47,310 bases of DNA, from contig JBJEDW010000042.1 in NCBI GenBank assembly GCA_051872415.1, forward strand, positions 1 through 47,310, written 5' to 3'. A model generated the notes under the pieces. The model made no database searches, had not been told where the DNA came from, and saw only the letters and a list, made by a program, of their open reading frames with translations. The position numbers were made by a program, and so were the translations under genes. This DNA comes from Bacilli bacterium. Lineage in GTDB: Bacteria; Bacillota_I; Bacilli_A; RF39; UBA660. Positions within the stretch are counted from its first letter, which is position 1. Every line of letters starts with the position of its first letter. Of this stretch, positions 45,301 to 47,310 are shown piece by piece.

Positions 45301-47310
45301 CTTTCGCTTTGTCTGCCTTTAAAGTTTCTATTCTTTCTTCATGATATATAGTTCTATCATTATATCCTAGGCTATCTTTTGCTTCTTCTAACTTCTTATT
45401 AATTTCATTGTCCACTTTATCAGAAAGTTTATTCTTTGCTTGTTCTATATCTTTCAGCTTACCATCCACATTCTCTAATTCTTTAGTTAATGTGCCTTTT
45501 TTATCCTGCAATGGTTTTTCAAGATCATCTAAAAACTTACGGTTATTTTCTACTTCTTTACTGATTTCATCTCTAAATTGCTCCTCAAGTTCTCCTTTTT
45601 TCAAAGCTATTTCATTATTTATATCTTCAAGTTGTTTTTGTTCAAGTTCTATCTTTTCATCTATATTTTTCATTTCTTGTTCCAAAGCATCTGGATCCCA
45701 TTCTACTTTTTCACTAATTTCATCTTTTAATGATCCTTCTTTAACATCTAACTTTTCATCTAAACGTTTTGAACCAAGTTCTATAGTTTCATCGCCAAAA
45801 ATATCTCTCTTTATTTCGCCCGGTTTTGATTTTAGTAAATCCACCACACCATTTACTCGATCCCTAATTTTCGTTGCAATTTTAGAATCTTTTAATGCTC
45901 CTAAATTAATTATTCGTTTTGGTGGTATATCACTTGTTTGTTTTGGTGTTGTTGTTTCGTTCTTTGATTTTGGTTCCCATTTTTCTACTTTAATTGAATC
46001 TTCTCCGCCCAGCTTATTAACATCTGTTGCCTTTCCCTTAATCCCAAGAGCTTCTGCATTTTCTTCATCAAAAGCTCTCAAGAAATCTTCATATTCTTTA
46101 CCAAGTCCTTTTTCAATTTTAGGTGTTTCTGGAATAACATCTTTAAAAGTAGAATCAAATTCAAAATCATCAATCGTACTATTGCCATTATCAAATACAT
46201 CATCATTTCCTGATGAGACATTTTCTTCAGTTTTTGGAGTTGTAGTCTCACTATTTTTAACTTGTGGTTCTGCTGAAGCTGCTTTTTCATATATTTCATC
46301 TACTTTGTTTCTGCCATTAAAATCAATAATCTCTGCAACATCATCAACTTTTCCATCAGAAACACCATATTTTCCACTTAACACATCATCTTTATTTGAG
46401 ATTATTCTAGAATCTATATCTACATTAGGAGTAGTTTCAAATAAACTCGGAGTAGACTCAAGATCTTTTTTAGCATCCGCTAAACGTATATACCTTTTTA
46501 AATCCCTTTCACGAACACTAATATCATGATAATCAACACCTTGTTTAGCAAAAAAGTCTTTTTCTCCTTTAGGCCACTTTGTATCATTTTTAATATCAGC
46601 TCCATACTTTTCTTGATATAAATTTTCAATTTTTTTAATTTTATCATCTAATTTTCCAATTACGACTATTTTTTCTTCTTCTGCAAGCTTTTTTTCTAAA
46701 TCTAATTTTTTATCTACCTCATAAAATTCAGAATCAGGTAAATTTCCTTCATTTTTTAAAGATAATATTTCTTGCTCAGCGTTTTTTAGATCTTCATACT
46801 TATCATAAAAATCATCTACTCGTTCTTCAACAGATTCTTTTTGTATTACACCATCTTTTTTCACAACAGGAGTATCGTCAATATATAAACCTTCATCAGA
46901 GTATTTTGGTTCATACTCTACAGGCTTTTCTCCAGCAAATTTTTCTCCAAAATAATCTTTTATGCGATTAGATTTATTTGCAAGTCTAGATCTTATTCCT
47001 GGTTTTCTTGGAACTTCGCTTGTTTCTTTTGGAGGGGTTGCATCACTAGCTTGTTTTGGCGCTGTTGTATCGTTCTTTGGTTTTGGTTCCCATTTTTCTA
47101 TCTTAATTGAATCTTCTCCGTCAAGCTTAGTAACATCTGTTTCCTCGGTTGTTGTTTTTTGTTCATTCGGAGTTGTTCCATTACTTGTTTCTTCTGTCGT
47201 TGTTTTTTGTTCATTTGAAGTTGCTCTCTCATTTGTTTCTTTTGGTGCTGTTTTTTGTTCATTTGAAGTTGTTCTCTCGCTTGTTTCTTTTGGTGCTGTT
47301 TTTTGTTCAT
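42383..47310 (-). CDS. giant repeat-rich coiled-coil protein with a C-terminal TM anchor; the 5' end lies beyond the window
   Basis: By my codon-by-codon reading, the reading frame stays open from 46864 to 47310, so the track GTG start is an artefact. Tandem 16-aa repeats (NEQKT[AT][PT][KE]ET...), E/K-rich coiled coil with a duplicated 144-aa unit, an S/N/D/E low-complexity block, the TM segment VGVGATIATGAGIVGVI, and a charged tail. Confidence 0.8.
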   Translation of the reverse strand, partial: EQKTAPKETSERTTSNEQKTAPKETNERATSNEQKTTTEETSNGTTPNEQKTTTEETDVTKLDGEDSIKIEKWEPKPKNDTTAPKQASDATPPKETSEVPRKPGIRSRLANKSNRIKDYFGEKFAGEKPVEYEPKYSDEGLYIDDTPVVKKDGVIQKESVEERVDDFYDKYEDLKNAEQEILSLKNEGNLPDSEFYEVDKKLDLEKKLAEEEKIVVIGKLDDKIKKIENLYQEKYGADIKNDTKWPKGEKDFFAKQGVDYHDISVRERDLKRYIRLADAKKDLESTPSLFETTPNVDIDSRIISNKDDVLSGKYGVSDGKVDDVAEIIDFNGRNKVDEIYEKAASAEPQVKNSETTTPKTEENVSSGNDDVFDNGNSTIDDFEFDSTFKDVIPETPKIEKGLGKEYEDFLRAFDEENAEALGIKGKATDVNKLGGEDSIKVEKWEPKSKNETTTPKQTSDIPPKRIINLGALKDSKIATKIRDRVNGVVDLLKSKPGEIKRDIFGDETIELGSKRLDEKLDVKEGSLKDEISEKVEWDPDALEQEMKNIDEKIELEQKQLEDINNEIALKKGELEEQFRDEISKEVENNRKFLDDLEKPLQDKKGTLTKELENVDGKLKDIEQAKNKLSDKVDNEINKKLEEAKDSLGYNDRTIYHEERIETLKADKAKVQEELKKGDNEWNPDALEQEIKDIDKKIELEQKYLEDVNNEIALKKGELEEQFRDEISKEVEDKRKLLDELEKPLQDKKDALTKEVENVDGKLKDIEQTKNKLSDEVDNEINKKLEEVKDDLGFNDRTTYHEERIESLKTDKAKVQEELKKGESDTTIDNKQVEENTDIDLEELHNRFDELDEKLNAENRNRTTEEVTALEEKISQLENNLEFNSEMVSHHEAKLKDLWENGGREIELKEAENAIYKQDYDDLMARIDGKDLEDCKRSMDSQISEKERVLNDVFVDRIVHRNYDGDYVYTPNQETIISNYEEFKNIIRQDLEANKIDPETALFHENRANERLRELKSSRSAEFDEGIDYMRSDYTMDDLYTRMDNNIKDMFDKKNNNKVNTNKPFSVNDLEEEVEHLKNQRKMLDNIYETEQKVKQNAQELSEAKQKWQREIGESNKWLQDAKNNCDELREEIANSKEELATLQNKPDNVIEFPKTSEIDQKAAKASGGETGGKVENKTNEENIEEAINKWSDKVDEVIDEAKHKAKVGTGMATYTAGESTIRYDGSEDDQVVIPVDSADSGSNNNSNTESDNGSSDNNSSSPDNDNSSSGNTSSSSSSGNSSSSENTNSNSKDENTTKTEDNTSKENNTTSLESEDTISNSENDNTISLENNDSSTENDNSNIESDETDLESSSSTTENSDLSSSENINSNSENDNTATLENDTLDSENNTTSLESEKTNSTTETENSNNQVSTNTDSKPKNDSLNSDNNTVSSSENDSINSQTNEKVDFEKFRVNEDTDSSSEKLEQSNNNVAESVETEKENIENLESNSENSINDELQTEEEAEITTDDLETEEETENANSYNDYMEDNNDVEGEDSDTGSGNLKNSSTEEKEESTISKVTSFIKENPSSVGVGATIATGAGIVGVIKKSKSNDKDNDFEEYGDFSSNSNADMLKKKKKFHNPFTALRVKNEDDASSDD
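44846..45700 (-). repeat. tandem duplication of a 432-bp (144-codon) unit inside the giant ORF
   Basis: W[DN]PDALEQE...VQEELKKG occurs twice, with the W codons at 45266..45268 and 45698..45700. Long stretches of the DNA are identical. Confidence 0.85.
47141..47310 (-). repeat. 48-bp in-frame tandem repeat (at least 3.5 copies, continuing off the window)
   Basis: Asn codons of the NEQKT unit recur at 47165, 47213, 47261 and 47309, an exact 48-nt period. Confidence 0.85.

Noticed and set aside
45408-46529. 373-aa plus-strand ORF rich in S, F and L. Similar plus-strand ORFs lie at 43083..43622, 45126..45344, 42540..42983 and 43650..43885.
   Set aside because: These are antisense shadows of the giant minus-strand E/K/D/N-rich ORF; GAA/AAA/GAT-rich codons read as TTC/TTT/ATC on the other strand. 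They have no RBS and low-complexity translations, and they mirror the sense-strand repeats.
47098-47310. 70-aa minus-strand ORF MNKKQHQKKQ... with KKQ repeats.
   Set aside because: It is an out-of-frame reading of the 48-bp tandem repeat. The frame continuous with the 42383..46864 ORF is open through this region and gives the coherent NEQKTAPKET... repeat.
47141-47310. Regular 48-bp repeats, considered as a possible CRISPR array.
   Set aside because: The repeats are directly tandem with no unique spacers, are in frame within a long ORF, and are degenerate at synonymous or conservative positions. No cas genes are present in the window.

Overview
Very AT-rich Bacillota chromosome segment from a probable spore-former, since an intact pro-sigK is present. 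Almost all genes are on the minus strand. Positions 1-7.4 kb are housekeeping or accessory genes: mutL, a pilin-like gene translationally coupled to mutL, sigK, a Nudix gene, a Fic gene and tmcAL. The main observation is that a serine-type D-Ala-D-Ala carboxypeptidase (PBP5/DacB/DacF-like) gene is split into a C-terminal piece (6840..7354) and an N-terminal piece (21233..21885) by a ~13.9-kb insertion. The insertion is bounded by an identical 13-bp core, TTGTAAAATTTAA. A large serine recombinase gene sits at its right end, which resembles skin/SPbeta-type intervening elements of sporulation genes. The element has no phage structural genes. Its cargo is a tightly coupled 11-gene operon that I cannot assign to a named pathway: two HAD-like proteins, a PHP protein, a nucleotidyltransferase-kinase fusion, a membrane GT2, two APH-like kinases, an unknown protein, an HprK-like P-loop protein and two Nudix proteins. 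The element also carries two more Nudix genes, a sigma region-4-only protein and decayed gene remnants. From 21.9 to 30.6 kb lies a peptidoglycan-remodelling cluster: a VanY/M15B carboxypeptidase, a trifunctional M23 + glucosaminidase + C39-like hydrolase, and a transglutaminase-like/LRR/L,D-transpeptidase protein. asnS follows, with a T-box leader and a near-consensus promoter. From 32.6 kb to the window edge is a type VIIb secretion locus with EssC, EsaB/YukD, four WXG100-like proteins, DUF4176 and an LXG-like helical protein. No EssB, EsaA or EssA is visible. This locus is flanked by an N/Q-rich tail-anchored protein, a possible JAB/MPN-like protein, and a repeat-laden coiled-coil protein of more than 1640 aa that runs off the window. 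All functional calls come from motifs read by eye in the supplied translations; no database search was run.
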